A stretch of 64,000 bases of DNA from an uncultured Acidimicrobiaceae bacterium (lineage in GTDB: Bacteria; Actinomycetota; Acidimicrobiia; Acidimicrobiales; RAAP-2). Shown here in pieces: positions 22,105 to 32,698 of the stretch. The first letter of the stretch is position 1. Every line of letters starts with the position of its first letter. Location of the stretch: positions 206,335 to 270,334 of the forward strand of contig CAWDFV010000001.1 of the NCBI GenBank assembly GCA_963801695.1. The letters are read 5' to 3'. The notes under the pieces were generated by a model, which had not been told where the DNA came from, did no database searches, and saw only the letters and a program-made list of their open reading frames with translations. Made by a program: the position numbers and the translations under genes.

Positions 22105-22665
22105 ATGTCCGATTTATCGGTCTCCCGGGTGCCGTCGGTGGTACTGCGGCGCGGCGCGGTCGCGTCGCTCCTCGTGGTCGGCATCGCTCTCGTTGGCACG
22201 GTGATATCACCCATCGCGACGGCCGCGGTCTCCAGTCGTCTGACCCACGCGACGGGCTGTGCGGCGCACTTCAGCGCCTACCCCGGTTCCAAGCCCACTG
22301 ACTGCGTCGCGCTGAGCAACAACACGGCCTTCGTTGACCACACGGTCGTCAGCGCCAAGTGGTCCCTGACCGCCGACAAGTTCGGCTTCACCAACCTCTG
22401 CGCCGCGGTCACGATTCGCAACGAGAACAAAACAACGTACTTCTTCAATGACTTCAACATGACGCTGCGTCCCCCGAAGGGCAGCGTGACCGTGCTGAAC
22501 TTCACCGCGAAGCACGCCCTCGAGGACGGCTTCATCGCTCCCGGTGGTCTGGCGACGGGCAATATCTGTTACGACTACTTCGGCCAGGTGGGCCAGTACG
22601 TCGCCATGTACTCACCACGCGCGTACAGCTCAATCCGCGGGATCTGGCTCGTCAACCTGACGTAG
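22105..22665 (+). CDS. Secreted hypothetical protein (DUF4352-like beta-sandwich)
   Basis: Signal peptide; VTIRN...F.L...G.IAPG...TG.I.Y pattern; four Cys. Confidence 0.6.
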   Translation: MSDLSVSRVPSVVLRRGAVASLLVVGIALVGTVISPIATAAVSSRLTHATGCAAHFSAYPGSKPTDCVALSNNTAFVDHTVVSAKWSLTADKFGFTNLCAAVTIRNENKTTYFFNDFNMTLRPPKGSVTVLNFTAKHALEDGFIAPGGLATGNICYDYFGQVGQYVAMYSPRAYSSIRGIWLVNLT

Positions 22666-22688
22666 TTCGTAATCGATGCAGTACGACC

Positions 22689-23388
22689 TCAGCGAGGCTG
22701 CACGCGACGCGCGAACGCACGCATGTTGTCCACCTCAGACGCACTCATGTTCTTGTCATTCGATTTCCACGCGACTACCGCCTCGACCTCGGTACCGACG
22801 GCCTCGGTGTCGAACTGCGCCATGAATCCTCGGATGAGTTGGGCACGTATCAGTCCCGTCAATCTTCCCTTCAGGCCACTGGTCGGAACCTCGGCAGCGG
22901 ACATCAATGTCCACGTCACGGCGACGTCGGTATTCGGGTCTCCGCGCACGGCGTTCGGCCAGTCGATGACGATCGGGCCACGTGACGACATCATCACGTT
23001 GAGGGGATGAAGGTCCAAGTGGAGCAGTTGCGTTCCGACGCCGCTCGGTGCGCTCGCTAGCCACTCCGGGCCTGAGAGTTCGTGCAACTGCGTGTGCAGG
23101 TCGGCCAGTGCGTGGCCACAGCGCTTCGCCTTCCAGGGCGCTTGCGCTGACGGCGTCGACCATCGTGAGTCCATCGATGCGTTCCATGGTCAATTCGAGA
23201 CCGTCGGCACTGATCTCGCCGACCTTCGGAATGGGGTAGCCGCTCTCAAACACGAACTGCATTATCCGCGCCTCGCGCTCCATCGAACGTGCGTTGCGGG
23301 AGCGCCGCAAGACCTGTGTCGTTCCGTACTCGAAGATGTCAGCGTCGCGACCCGACGCGAGCAAAGGACCTGGTTCCAACACGGTCAC
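22689..23388 (-). CDS. Aminoglycoside phosphotransferase/kinase family protein (frameshift near 23110-23150)
   Basis: LASGRDADIF and MERIDG in one frame; LLHLDLHPLNV and IDW in the next. Confidence 0.8.
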
Positions 23389-23416
23389 ACCCTAACGAGG
23401 ACGCAACGATCGAGTC

Positions 23417-24025
23417 TCAATCGTTGGTCTCGTCATCCGACGTCTCGTCATCCGACGTCGCGTCGCCCTGCGTCGACACGCCCGACGTTCGACCGCGACC
23501 ACCCAACACGGCGAGCGAGGCGAACAGACCGGTGTCGCGGGCTCCGACGAGTTCCCACGCCCGAGCGATGCCGATCAGCAATGAGGCGACCAAGACGTTC
23601 TTCAAGATGGTCGAGGGCCGTGATGTCGTTGACATTGTTCACCAGCGCGATACCGGCACCGAGTTCGCAGCCGAATGTCGTGAGCAGCAACACGATCAGG
23701 CCCATCTGCTTTCGCAGCAGCCGTCGATCGGGCGCGCTTTCGTAGATCGAGCGCAGGCTCGCGGCCGTGAACGCGATCGCCGACGACGCCCAGCACGAGC
23801 GCCGGGTAGCCGACGTTGTGAGGACCGATCAAGAGCGAAGAGCGAGATCGCCAGGACACTCGTAAACGCGAGGAGTGAGGCGGCGGCGCGGACCTGTTGG
23901 ACGGTTCCCAGGTGCGACGTGGACTCGTGACGAGGCGCCAAGGAGATAGCGACGAACAAGAGTCCGGTCAGCGTCGCCGCGGCTTCGGCCATCACCGTGA
24001 AGAACTCGCGCGAGGATCCCACCAT
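23417..24025 (-). CDS. Hypothetical membrane protein (several frameshifts)
   Basis: AAATLTGLLFVAISL, later LIGIARAWELVG in other frames. Confidence 0.6.
23427..23486. repeat. 15-bp tandem repeat (2 exact and 2 degenerate copies) in an acidic C-terminal tail
   Basis: GTCTCGTCATCCGAC x2; encodes TSDDE TSDDE. Confidence 0.6.
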
Positions 24026-24119
24026 AGAAGCGGACTTTATCGGTTGGCCAGAAGAGGACTTGCGCTCGAGTCGCGTCCCTACGAACCGATGTCGCGACGC
24101 GAGTTCGTAGGATGACGTC

Positions 24120-25004
24120 GTGCGCATCGTCTCGCTTCTTCCCTCGACGACCGAGATCATCTGCGACCTGGGCCTCGAAGACGAGCTGTTGGGCGTCACC
24201 GCGGAGTGCAACTGGCCCGATCACGTCAAGGTCGGTCGCGAAATCGTCGTACGGTCATTCGCCGATGCCGCCATGACGCCGGGTGAGATCGACGAGTTCG
24301 TTCGTCAACGCGTCGACGCGGGACTCGATCTCTACGAACTCGACGACGACGCGTTGCAACGATGCGATCCCGATCTCATCTTGAGCCAGGACCTCTGTCG
24401 CGTCTGCGCGGTGGCCAGTGGTGACGTCGACGCGGCGACGGGACGACTCAACTGCAACGCCCACGTGCTGCAGATCGATCCTCAGACCTTGGGCGAAGTG
24501 CTCGACTCGATTGTCGACGATTGCGAGCGCGGCGAGCGTCTCGCAGCGGGGCGACGAGTTCGTGTCATCACTACGACGACGATTGACCAAGGTCACGACG
24601 GCCGTCAACGGACTTCCTCGAGCGCCGCGTGTTCGTCCTGGAGTGGATCGATCCGCCCTTCGGCGCCGGCCACTGGGTGCCCGACCTCGTCATCGCCGCG
24701 GGCGGCGAGCCGGTACTCGCGCGACCGGGCGAGCGTTCGATCGCCACGACGTGGGCCGAGATCGGTGCCGCGCAGCCAGACGTCGTCGTGGTCGCGCCGT
24801 GCGGCTTCGGACTCGCCCAAGCGATCGAACAGGCGCACGACGTCACTCGACCTGCTGCCCGCGTCGGCCGAGGTGTGGGCGATCGACGCCGACGCCGTCA
24901 TGGTGCGACCGGGGCCGCGCCTTGTCGATGGTGTCGAGGCGCTCGCGTCACTCCTTCACGCCGTGGGCGACGTGAGCGACGAACTCGTGTCTCGAATTCG
25001 CTGA
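24120..25004 (+). CDS. BtuF/TroA-like cobalamin/iron-binding protein (frameshifted)
   Basis: MRIVSLLPSTTEI, QDLCRVCAV, LEWIDPPF..GHWVPD, APCGF, RPGPRLVDGVE spread over three frames. Confidence 0.8.
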   Translation: MRIVSLLPSTTEIICDLGLEDELLGVTAECNWPDHVKVGREIVVRSFADAAMTPGEIDEFVRQRVDAGLDLYELDDDALQRCDPDLILSQDLCRVCAVASGDVDAATGRLNCNAHVLQIDPQTLGEVLDSIVDDCERGERLAAGRRVRVITTTTIDQGHDGRQRTSSSAACSSWSGSIRPSAPATGCPTSSSPRAASRYSRDRASVRSPRRGPRSVPRSQTSSWSRRAASDSPKRSNRRTTSLDLLPASAEVWAIDADAVMVRPGPRLVDGVEALASLLHAVGDVSDELVSRIR

Positions 25005-25020
25005 TCGCGACGACACCGAT

Positions 25021-25380
25021 TCAGTCAGCTGAAGCGAGGCGCTCGCGCACGGCCTTCGGAAGTCCTCGCACGACCTGTTCGTAGGAGTGCGTCACCATAT
25101 CGATCACCTCATCGTCGGGGATCGTCCCGTCCAGGTGCACGGTGTTCCAGAGCCGCTTGTTGAGGTGGTAGCCCGGAATCACTGCCGCGTGCTGATGTCG
25201 GAGTTCGATCGCCAGCTCGGGATCGCACTTCAGCGAGATCGCCTCCGGCGTACTCTCGGGCGAAAGGATCGCGAAGATCTTGCCGCCAACCTTGAGCACG
25301 TCGACACTCGGACCGAACGGTTGTTCCTCGACGACGCCCGCCAGTGCCGACGCGAACTCCGAGAGCACTTCTAAGTTCAC
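25021..25380 (-). CDS. MmcQ/YjbR family DNA-binding protein
   Basis: PFG...KVGGKIFA...LKCDP...PGYHLNKRLWNTV. Confidence 0.9.
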   Translation of the reverse strand: MNLEVLSEFASALAGVVEEQPFGPSVDVLKVGGKIFAILSPESTPEAISLKCDPELAIELRHQHAAVIPGYHLNKRLWNTVHLDGTIPDDEVIDMVTHSYEQVVRGLPKAVRERLASAD

Positions 25381-25409
25381 GCGAGAATCCGATCGAGACG
25401 TGTTCGAAC

Positions 25410-25724
25410 TCAGTCGTCGAGTCCTTGATAGAGATCGTGCGAGATGAGCTTGCCGGGAATGTCGCCGGAGTGCGCCTCACGCCAGGCCTTCATCGCCGGA
25501 TGATCGCCGATCGATTCGTTGACCGCACCGTTGTCCGCGAGCCCCTTGAAGTGCTGGATCACGACGACCCGAAACATGTCCTTGCCGGCCACACCCGTGA
25601 GGAGTTCCACGTGCGAGACACCCGCCTCGACGAAGGCCTTGGTCAGGCTCTTGATCGTCTCCATGAACTCTTCGAACTTCCCCGCGTTGGGCTCCCAGAT
25701 CGAAATCTCGTACGCCTTTGCCAT
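25410..25724 (-). CDS. Hypothetical protein (possible NIPSNAP/dimeric alpha+beta barrel)
   Basis: AGAGG RBS, strong GC3 bias, GKFEEF motif. Confidence 0.6.
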   Translation of the reverse strand: MAKAYEISIWEPNAGKFEEFMETIKSLTKAFVEAGVSHVELLTGVAGKDMFRVVVIQHFKGLADNGAVNESIGDHPAMKAWREAHSGDIPGKLISHDLYQGLDD

Positions 25725-25842
25725 TCGTCAACCTCTTGTCCGTTTCACCTGGCGGTTTGCCCGGCGTGATCAGTCTCGAATCTAGCGAGCCGCTCTCACA
25801 CGTGCTCAGGACGTTAAAACCCGTCGCCGGTAATCTCGCCCC

Positions 25843-26304
25843 ATGACGTTTCACCTCGCTCAGTGCAACATCGTGAAGTTGAAAGCGCCACTCGATTCGC
25901 CCGTCGTCGCCGACTTCGTCGCGGCGTTGGACCCGATCAACGCCCTCGCCGACGCGGCACCTGGCTTCGTGTGGCGTCTGAAGTCCGAGGACGGCGACGC
26001 GACGAGTATTCGCGTCTTCGACGACGACCAGATCTTGGTCAACATGAGCGTCTGGGAGTCAATTGAGGCACTGCGGGAGTACGTGTACCGGAGCGATCAC
26101 AAGGACGTACTGCGCCAACGTCGACAGTGGGCCGAGCGTGTCGAGAGCGTCCAGTCAGCGATGTGGTGGGTCCGTGCGGGTGACGTCCCTGAACCGTCCG
26201 AGGCCGTCGTCCGACTCGCGCGTCTGGAACGTGACGGGCCAACTCCCTACGCCTTCACCTTCCAACGACCATTCGACCCGCCCGAAGAACCGATCTTGCC
26301 CTAG
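25843..26304 (+). CDS. DUF3291 domain protein
   Basis: HLAQ.NI...INALADAAPGFVWRL...NMSVWES...WWV..G..P...GPTP.AFTF. Confidence 0.88.
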   Translation: MTFHLAQCNIVKLKAPLDSPVVADFVAALDPINALADAAPGFVWRLKSEDGDATSIRVFDDDQILVNMSVWESIEALREYVYRSDHKDVLRQRRQWAERVESVQSAMWWVRAGDVPEPSEAVVRLARLERDGPTPYAFTFQRPFDPPEEPILP

Positions 26305-26402
26305 CGGATTTACGACATCGCGATCGAACCGATGACGAGCCTGGATGGCGATGTCGTTTTTCCGCTAGTCGAACCGGCGAGGGCGACGATAGGTTGTCGT
26401 GC

Positions 26403-27900
26403 GTGATCGAAGACTTCGAACGTTGTTACCTCGCGGTGCAGTCGCGCGATCCGCGTTTCGACGGTTGGTTCTTCACTGCCGTCACGTCGACTCACGTCTA
26501 CTGTCGACCGAGTTGCCCGGCCCAGACACCGATGACGCAAGAACGTTCGCTTCTACCCGTCGGCAGCCGCCGCGCAGCTCGCCGGCTTTCGCGCGTGCAA
26601 GCGATGTCGCCCCGACGCCTCACCGGGTTCTCCGGAGTGGAACTCACGCGCCGACGTCGCGGCACGAGCGATGCGTCTCATCAGCGACGGGCTCGTCGAC
26701 CGCGAAGGCGTGAACGGACTCGCGAACCAGCTCGGCTACAGCGTTCGCCAACTTGAACGAGTCCTCCAGAACGAGATCGGCGCGGGCCCGATCGCCATCG
26801 CCCGGGCCCAACGCGCGCAGACCGCGCGCATCCTCATCGAAACGACTGGTCTGGCGATGACCGACGTGGCGTTCGCGGCCGGCTTTTCGAGTGTGCGACA
26901 GTTCAACGACACCGTGCAGGCCGTGTACGCGTCGTCGCCGACGATGCTGCGCTCACGCGCCAAGGGACCGCGCGCCGTCGAAGCGTCGACCGCCATCGTG
27001 CTGCGGCTGCCGTTTCGCCAACCGCTCTGTCCCGACAATCTCTTCGGTCACCTGGCGGCGACGGCGGTGCCGGGGGTTGAAGAGGTGCGCGGGACGACCT
27101 ATCGTCGCACCCTTCGACTGGCCCACGGTCCCGGTGTCGTCGAACTCACGCCGACGCCCGACTACATCAACTGTCGTGCCGTGTTGAGCGACATGCGTGA
27201 TCTCACGACAACGATCGCGCGCAGTCGCTGGCTCCTCGACCTCGACGCCGACCCGGTCGCGATCGACCGTCATCTGAGCGGCGACGCAGTGCTCGCCCCA
27301 CTCGTGATGAAGTCCCCAGGGCGACGGGTGCCGCGGTGTGTCGACGGTGCCGAGATGGCGCTGCGCGCGGTGCTCGGTCAACAGGTCTCGACGGCTGCCG
27401 CCCAGACCCACGCCGGACGTCTCGTGACGCGACACGGTGAACCCATCAGCGACCCCGACGGTGGACTTACGCACTTGTGGCCACTACCCGACGCGTTGAC
27501 AGAGACGGACCTCGCGGTTCCGACGAAGCGTCGTGAGACGTTCGCCGCTCTCGTGAATGCGTTGTGCAGTGACCTCACGCTGGGACCCGGCAGTGACCGC
27601 GACGCGTCGATGGCCGCGCTGTCGTCGATCGCGGGCATCGGTCCGTGGACGCGACACGTGATCGCCATGCGCGCACTCGGCGATCCTGACGCCTTCCCCG
27701 AATCGGACTTGGGCGTTCGGCACGCAGCGGAGCGACTCGGACTCGCGAGCACGCCGGCGGCTCTGGTGGAGCGCTCACAACGGTGGCGACCGTGGCGCGC
27801 CTACGCGGTGCAGTACCTCTGGGCCGTCGACGATCACCGCATCAACGACTGGCCGCCCCGAACCACACCAACCAAGAAAGCACAGGAACCCCATGAGTGA
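26403..27900 (+). CDS. alkA: Ada Zn-binding/AraC-AlkA DNA glycosylase fusion (frameshift near 26540)
   Basis: SRDPRFDGWF...YCRPSCP, GFRACKRCRP, AraC HTH, VLGQQVS, HhH GIGPWT, WRPWRAYA. Confidence 0.92.
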
Positions 27901-28377
27901 AACCTTCACCTCTACCATCGAGAGCCCAATCGGGCCGCTCACCTTGATCGCTCGCGACGGCGTGTTGACCAACCTGACGATGCGCGAGCACCGTCATTCA
28001 TCCCCGCCACCGAGTGACGCCGTCGTGGATGACGCGTGGTTCAAGGACGTCGCTGCGCAACTCGACGTTATTTCGCCGGAGAACTGACCGCCTTCGACGT
28101 GGCGATGGACCTGCGCGGCACGGAGTTCCAACGACGCGTGTGGGCCCAGCTGTGCGAGATCCCCTACGGCGAGACGATCTCCTACGGTGAACTGGCCGCG
28201 CGAATCGGCAACGCGAACGCCTCGCGGGCCGTCGGACTCGCCAACGGCCGCAATCCGATCTCGATCATCGTGCCCTGTCACCGCGTGATCGGAGCCGACG
28301 GCTCACTCACGGGCTACGGCGGCGGGCTCGAGCGAAAGACGTGGTTGCTCGAGCACGAGTCGACCGCACGCGCGTAG
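27893..28377 (+). CDS. ogt: Methylated-DNA-protein-cysteine methyltransferase (frameshift near 28065)
   Basis: SPIGPL, GTEFQRRVW, active site PCHRV, GYGGGLERK. Confidence 0.93.
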
Positions 28378-28396
28378 GCGTTGCTACATTTCCACC

Positions 28397-28713
28397 ATGG
28401 CGACGGATAAGAGGTTCATCGACGCGGTGATCGAGAAGTTGCTGCCGCTCGAGGTCACGGCCAAGCCGATGTTCGGTGAATACGGCCTGTATCACCAGGC
28501 AAGAATTTCGCGCTCGTCTGCGACAACACGCTCTTCGTCAAGGTCACGGCCGCAGGCGCTGCCCTCGCGGGTCGCGTCGCTCAGGCGCCGCCCTACGAGG
28601 GTGCGAAGCCCGCGTTTCGCATCTCGTCGGCGAAGTTGAACGATCGTGACTGGATCATCGAACTGGTGCGGGTGACGAGCGACGCGTTGCCACTGCCCAA
28701 GAAGAAGAAGTAG
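28397..28713 (+). CDS. TfoX N-terminal family protein (frameshift near 28500)
   Basis: KPMFGEYGLY, then FALVCDNTLFVK and PPYEGAKP...LPLPKKKK in a shifted frame. Confidence 0.8.
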
Positions 28714-28736
28714 ATCCGGGCTGTCAGAATGACCGG

Positions 28737-29225
28737 ATGATCATTGCGTCCCCTCGCCTCGTGCTGCGCGCACTGACACGAAACGAGGCCGAGCAGATCG
28801 TCACCGAGGACCGCACCGCGCAGTCGTGGGCGCCGGATTACCCGACCAACGCGGACGTGGGGATCGCCGCGATCGCCCTCGCCGGACGCGCGGCATTCCC
28901 GTCGGACACGGTGCCGTGGGGACTCTTCGTCATCGTGGAGAAGTCGAGCGGGCAGAGTGTCGGCGGCATCGGTTTCAAGGGAGTGCCCAACGACCGCGAC
29001 GAGGTCGAGATCGGGTACGGCGTCTCTCCCTCGCGGCAACGCCGCGGGGTGGCTTCCGAGGCGCTCACTGCGCTGTGCGACTTCGCGCGCGGCCGCGTCG
29101 GCGCCATCGTGGCGGAGACCGACCGGGACAACACCGCGAGCCAACGGGTCCTGGAGAAATGTGGTTTCCATCTGGTCGATGATGACCATGACCTCCTTCG
29201 CTGGCGACGCGAATTGCAGGAGTAA
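28737..29225 (+). CDS. GNAT (RimJ/RimL) N-acetyltransferase
   Basis: GGIGFKG, VEIGYG...RGVASEA, NTASQRVLEKCGF. Confidence 0.9.
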   Translation: MIIASPRLVLRALTRNEAEQIVTEDRTAQSWAPDYPTNADVGIAAIALAGRAAFPSDTVPWGLFVIVEKSSGQSVGGIGFKGVPNDRDEVEIGYGVSPSRQRRGVASEALTALCDFARGRVGAIVAETDRDNTASQRVLEKCGFHLVDDDHDLLRWRRELQE

Positions 29226-29267
29226 TCAGCTAATTCGTGCGGAATTCACAACTTTCACGATGACCGC

Positions 29268-29297
29268 TTGACATGGTAGTGAGTGAGCACTTACAAT
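29268..29297 (+). promoter_or_regulatory. Sigma-A promoter with an operator in the spacer; likely leaderless transcript
   Basis: TTGACA-N18-TACAAT; imperfect palindrome GTGAGTGAGCACTTAC; ATG 6 nt after the -10 box. Confidence 0.7.
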
Positions 29298-29303
29298 GGC
29301 GAA

Positions 29304-29920
29304 ATGATGGTTTCGACCCGACAGACAGCCGCTGAACGACGCGACGCCGTGCTCTGCGGCCGCGGTCACCGAGTTCGCCAAGTCCGGTTACGCCGGAACC
29401 TCCACCGACGCGATCGCGTCGCGCGCGGGCATCTCCCAGCCCTACCTGTTTCGCCTCTTCGGCACCAAAAAGGACCTCTTCATCGCCACGCTCAATCTCG
29501 TTGACGACCGAATCGTGAGGGAACTCACCAACGCGATCGAAGGTCTTGGACCGTGAAGAGGCGATGCACGCGATGGGGATGGCCTACCTGACGCTCTTGC
29601 AAGACACCGAGATGCTCCAGGTCCAGATGCACAGCTACGCCGCCGCCACGAGCGATCCCGATATCGCGGCCGCCTGTCGGCGAACATTCGAAGTCCTCTG
29701 GCACTTGGTCAAGGACAAGCTCGGACTCGACCAAGAGATGATCCAAGACTTCTTCGCCAACGGCATGTTGATCTCGGTGATGTCGGCCATCGACTTGCTC
29801 TCGGTCAAGGACGAGTGGGCGCAGTCGATCTGTCCGGGGATGGACAAGTTCGAGGCCATGCACGCGATGTCGCGGGCTCGTTCCACGAGCCAGAACGCCT
29901 CGCCGGCGAAGGCGTCGTGA
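29304..29920 (+). CDS. TetR family regulator (two frameshifts)
   Basis: RQTAAERR, then GYAGTSTDAIASRAGISQPYLFRLFGTKKDLF, then FFANGMLI. Confidence 0.85.
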
Positions 29921-30026
29921 TGACCCCTATATTTTTTTTCTCTTCTCAAGATAGTGACTACTCACAACTAACAGTACCTTCCATCAGGAATTTCCCGACG
30001 GGAGCGCAAGGGCAAGGAGCACAGCA

Positions 30027-31532
30027 ATGACCACCACACTGACCCGGCCGATCGACATCGAGCCGATCGCAGAGGCGCGCCCGACGCGCGTCGAACGTCA
30101 CCGCGGCGCGTGGGCCGTACTCATCACCGGCCTCGCGCTCTTCATGGCCTCACTCGACAACCTCGTCGTCACGACGGCGCTCCCGGTCATCCGCGTGCAC
30201 CTGCACGCTGGTCTCTCGGGCCTCGAGTGGACCGTCAACGCCTACACCCTTACCTTCGCCGTGCTCCTGCTCACGGCCGCAGCCGTCGGCGAGCGCTTCG
30301 GTCGACGTCGAATCTTCATGACCGGAATCGCGATCTTCACGACGGCCTCGGCACTCGCGGCCATCGCACCGAACATCGGTTTTCTCATCGCGGCGCGAGC
30401 GCTTCAAGGCGCCGGTGGCGCCATGATCATGCCGCTGTCACTTACGTTGCTGAGCGCGGCCGTGAAGCCCGAACGTCGCAACGCCGCACTCGGCATCTGG
30501 GGAGCGATCGGCGGTGCGGCGATCGCCCTCGGGCCGCTCGTCGGTGGCGCGGTGACGACCGGTTGGTCGTGGCACTACATCTTCTGGCTCAACGTGCCCA
30601 TCGGCATTATCTTGGTGCCCCTCGCGTGGTGGAAGCTCGCCGAATCGCACGGCGCCCAGAGTCGCCTGGACTTTCGCGGGGCGCTCCTCGTCAGTGGCGG
30701 TCTGCTCGGGGTCGTCCTCGGCCTCGTTCGCGGCAACGCCAGCGGCTGGACCAGTGCGAGCGTGCTCGCCTCCTTCGGGCTCGGCGCGGTCTTGCTCGTG
30801 GCCTTCATCCGATGGGAACTGCGCGCCACGGCGCCGATGCTCAGCCTGCGGATGTTCCGCAACCGCGGCTTCGCCGCGATCAACGTGACCGCGTTGCTGT
30901 TCAGCTTCGGGATGTTCGGCACCGTGTTCTTCCTCTCGCAGTTCCTCCAGACCGTCCAGGGCTACTCGCCGCTCGGCGCGGGGCTGCGCGTGCTGCCCTG
31001 GACCGGCATGCCGATGCTGCTCGCGCCCGTCGTCGGACTCCTGGCCCAGCGACTCGGCGGCAAGCCGCTCGTCGTCACCGGTCTGATCCTGCAGGCGATC
31101 AGCCTGACGTGGTTGGCGCTGGTCCTGACCGCCACGACGCCCTACAGCGACATGGTGCCGGCCTTCATCGTCGCCGGCGTCGGTATGACGTTGTTCTTCG
31201 TACCGGTCGCGTCGCTCGTCCTCGGCTCGGTGCCGAAGGAGCAGGAGGGACTCGCCTCGGGCACCAACGCCGCCTTCCGTGAACTCGGTGGTGTCTTCGG
31301 CATCGCTCTGTTGGGTGCGGTGTTCTCCTCGAGCGGCGGCTACCTCTCGGCCCAGGACTACGTCAACGGACTTCGTCCGGCGATGTTCGTCGGCGCGTTG
31401 GTCGTGGGTATCGGTGTCGTCACGGCGCTGCTCGTGCCGAGTCGACGACCCCTTAGTGCACCGGCGCTGGCCTCGCTACAGCGAATCAAGGAGATCCCGC
31501 TCCACGATTCGCCCCAGCAACTGAGTGCCTAG
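30027..31532 (+). CDS. DHA2 MFS efflux transporter
   Basis: LDNLVVTTALP, GERFGRRR, WHYIFWLNVPIG; RBS AAGGAG. Confidence 0.92.
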   Translation: MTTTLTRPIDIEPIAEARPTRVERHRGAWAVLITGLALFMASLDNLVVTTALPVIRVHLHAGLSGLEWTVNAYTLTFAVLLLTAAAVGERFGRRRIFMTGIAIFTTASALAAIAPNIGFLIAARALQGAGGAMIMPLSLTLLSAAVKPERRNAALGIWGAIGGAAIALGPLVGGAVTTGWSWHYIFWLNVPIGIILVPLAWWKLAESHGAQSRLDFRGALLVSGGLLGVVLGLVRGNASGWTSASVLASFGLGAVLLVAFIRWELRATAPMLSLRMFRNRGFAAINVTALLFSFGMFGTVFFLSQFLQTVQGYSPLGAGLRVLPWTGMPMLLAPVVGLLAQRLGGKPLVVTGLILQAISLTWLALVLTATTPYSDMVPAFIVAGVGMTLFFVPVASLVLGSVPKEQEGLASGTNAAFRELGGVFGIALLGAVFSSSGGYLSAQDYVNGLRPAMFVGALVVGIGVVTALLVPSRRPLSAPALASLQRIKEIPLHDSPQQLSA

Positions 31533-31591
31533 AGAGTCACTGGACGGTCGTCATTCGACGTGTTCGCTAGAAGGGTTGAACTCCGGAACGA

Positions 31592-32143
31592 TCAGGCGTC
31601 GGGAGCGATCTCTTTGGTAAACGCGGGATCGATTCGTGCCGTGTAGGCGTACGTGGGCGTAGTGCACGGCGCGCCCGTCAATTGCACCGTGCCGACGATG
31701 ACGCTCGCGCTTTGCACCTTGCCGGTGATGCGAACGTGCACCGAGGGCAGCGTCTTGGAGGTTTGGCCCGGATAGCTCGCCTCGACGTTCGCCACGCTGT
31801 AGCTGAGGGAGAACGAATAAAACCCGTGGAGAGGTCGCAGAACGATTCGGGGGTACCCCGGACTTGTCAGGGCGTCGGATGACACCGAAGGACAGTTCGT
31901 CAAGACCGAGCCCTCGACATATTGACTGCCGCCAGCGCCCGATCGCGCCAGGTCGATGACCGTGGCACTGTGTGAGATGAAGGAGATCCGAAAATGTGGC
32001 GACGTCGCGACGTAGTCGCGATGAGGCGTCAATCGCGGCACCGACGACGCGCTCGAAGGACCAACACACAAGCAGAGAATCGAAATCGCGACGACTCCGA
32101 ACGACGCGACTCTTGCGTACTTCCTACTGGGCACTCGACTCAT
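31592..32143 (-). CDS. Secreted hypothetical protein
   Basis: Basic N-terminus plus hydrophobic signal; beta-rich mature part with two Cys; GGAGG RBS. Confidence 0.65.
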   Translation of the reverse strand: MSRVPSRKYARVASFGVVAISILCLCVGPSSASSVPRLTPHRDYVATSPHFRISFISHSATVIDLARSGAGGSQYVEGSVLTNCPSVSSDALTSPGYPRIVLRPLHGFYSFSLSYSVANVEASYPGQTSKTLPSVHVRITGKVQSASVIVGTVQLTGAPCTTPTYAYTARIDPAFTKEIAPDA

Positions 32144-32280
32144 TCGTCAACCTCCGTCCTTGGACCAACACGTCCGTGCCGCAATCTTGGTGTCGCCAAT
32201 GACGACGCACGAGATAGGTGACCTCACGTGCTGGGTTCGTACTACTACCACTCGTGCCCCGAGGCGCGCCGACCTCACGC

Positions 32281-32610
32281 TCACATTCGATGGCGCGCCA
32301 TACTCATGACGATTCGATACGACGACGCCGTGCCTCGCAGTGGTGTCTTCTCTGATAGGTAGTGGGACCGAGCACGGGCTTCGTGTCCTCGAGGCGCCAG
32401 TCCTCCCGCGCGCACCACTCGCCACCACGGGACCTCGGCACCGCCGCGCGCCATCACGGCGCCAACGGCTCGAGCACCGCGCGAGCCCAGTACCGCCGCC
32501 ACGTCGCCGTACGTCATGACGCGCCCCGGAGGTATCGCGCGCACGATTTCCAAGACGTGCTCAGCGAACTCGACGGGACGGCGTTCACTGGTCATCGGCT
32601 CTACGTTCAT
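32281..32610 (-). CDS. Alkyltransferase-like (ATL/YbaZ) protein
   Basis: IPPGRVMTYGDVA...ARAVG...PWWRV (Trp in place of the catalytic Cys). Confidence 0.88.
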   Translation of the reverse strand: MNVEPMTSERRPVEFAEHVLEIVRAIPPGRVMTYGDVAAVLGSRGARAVGAVMARGGAEVPWWRVVRAGGLAPRGHEARARSHYLSEKTPLRGTASSYRIVMSMARHRM

Positions 32611-32698
32611 GAGATGGACCTGCGTACATGCTGGAGTCCTGGCGCGACTTCATTCCTGATCATGGTGCGCGGCGACGTCCCGCTATCCGGGAACTTTT

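Noticed and set aside
24026-24119. Cobalamin riboswitch before the BtuF-like gene
   Set aside because: The spacer is under 100 bp and has no recognisable B12 box.
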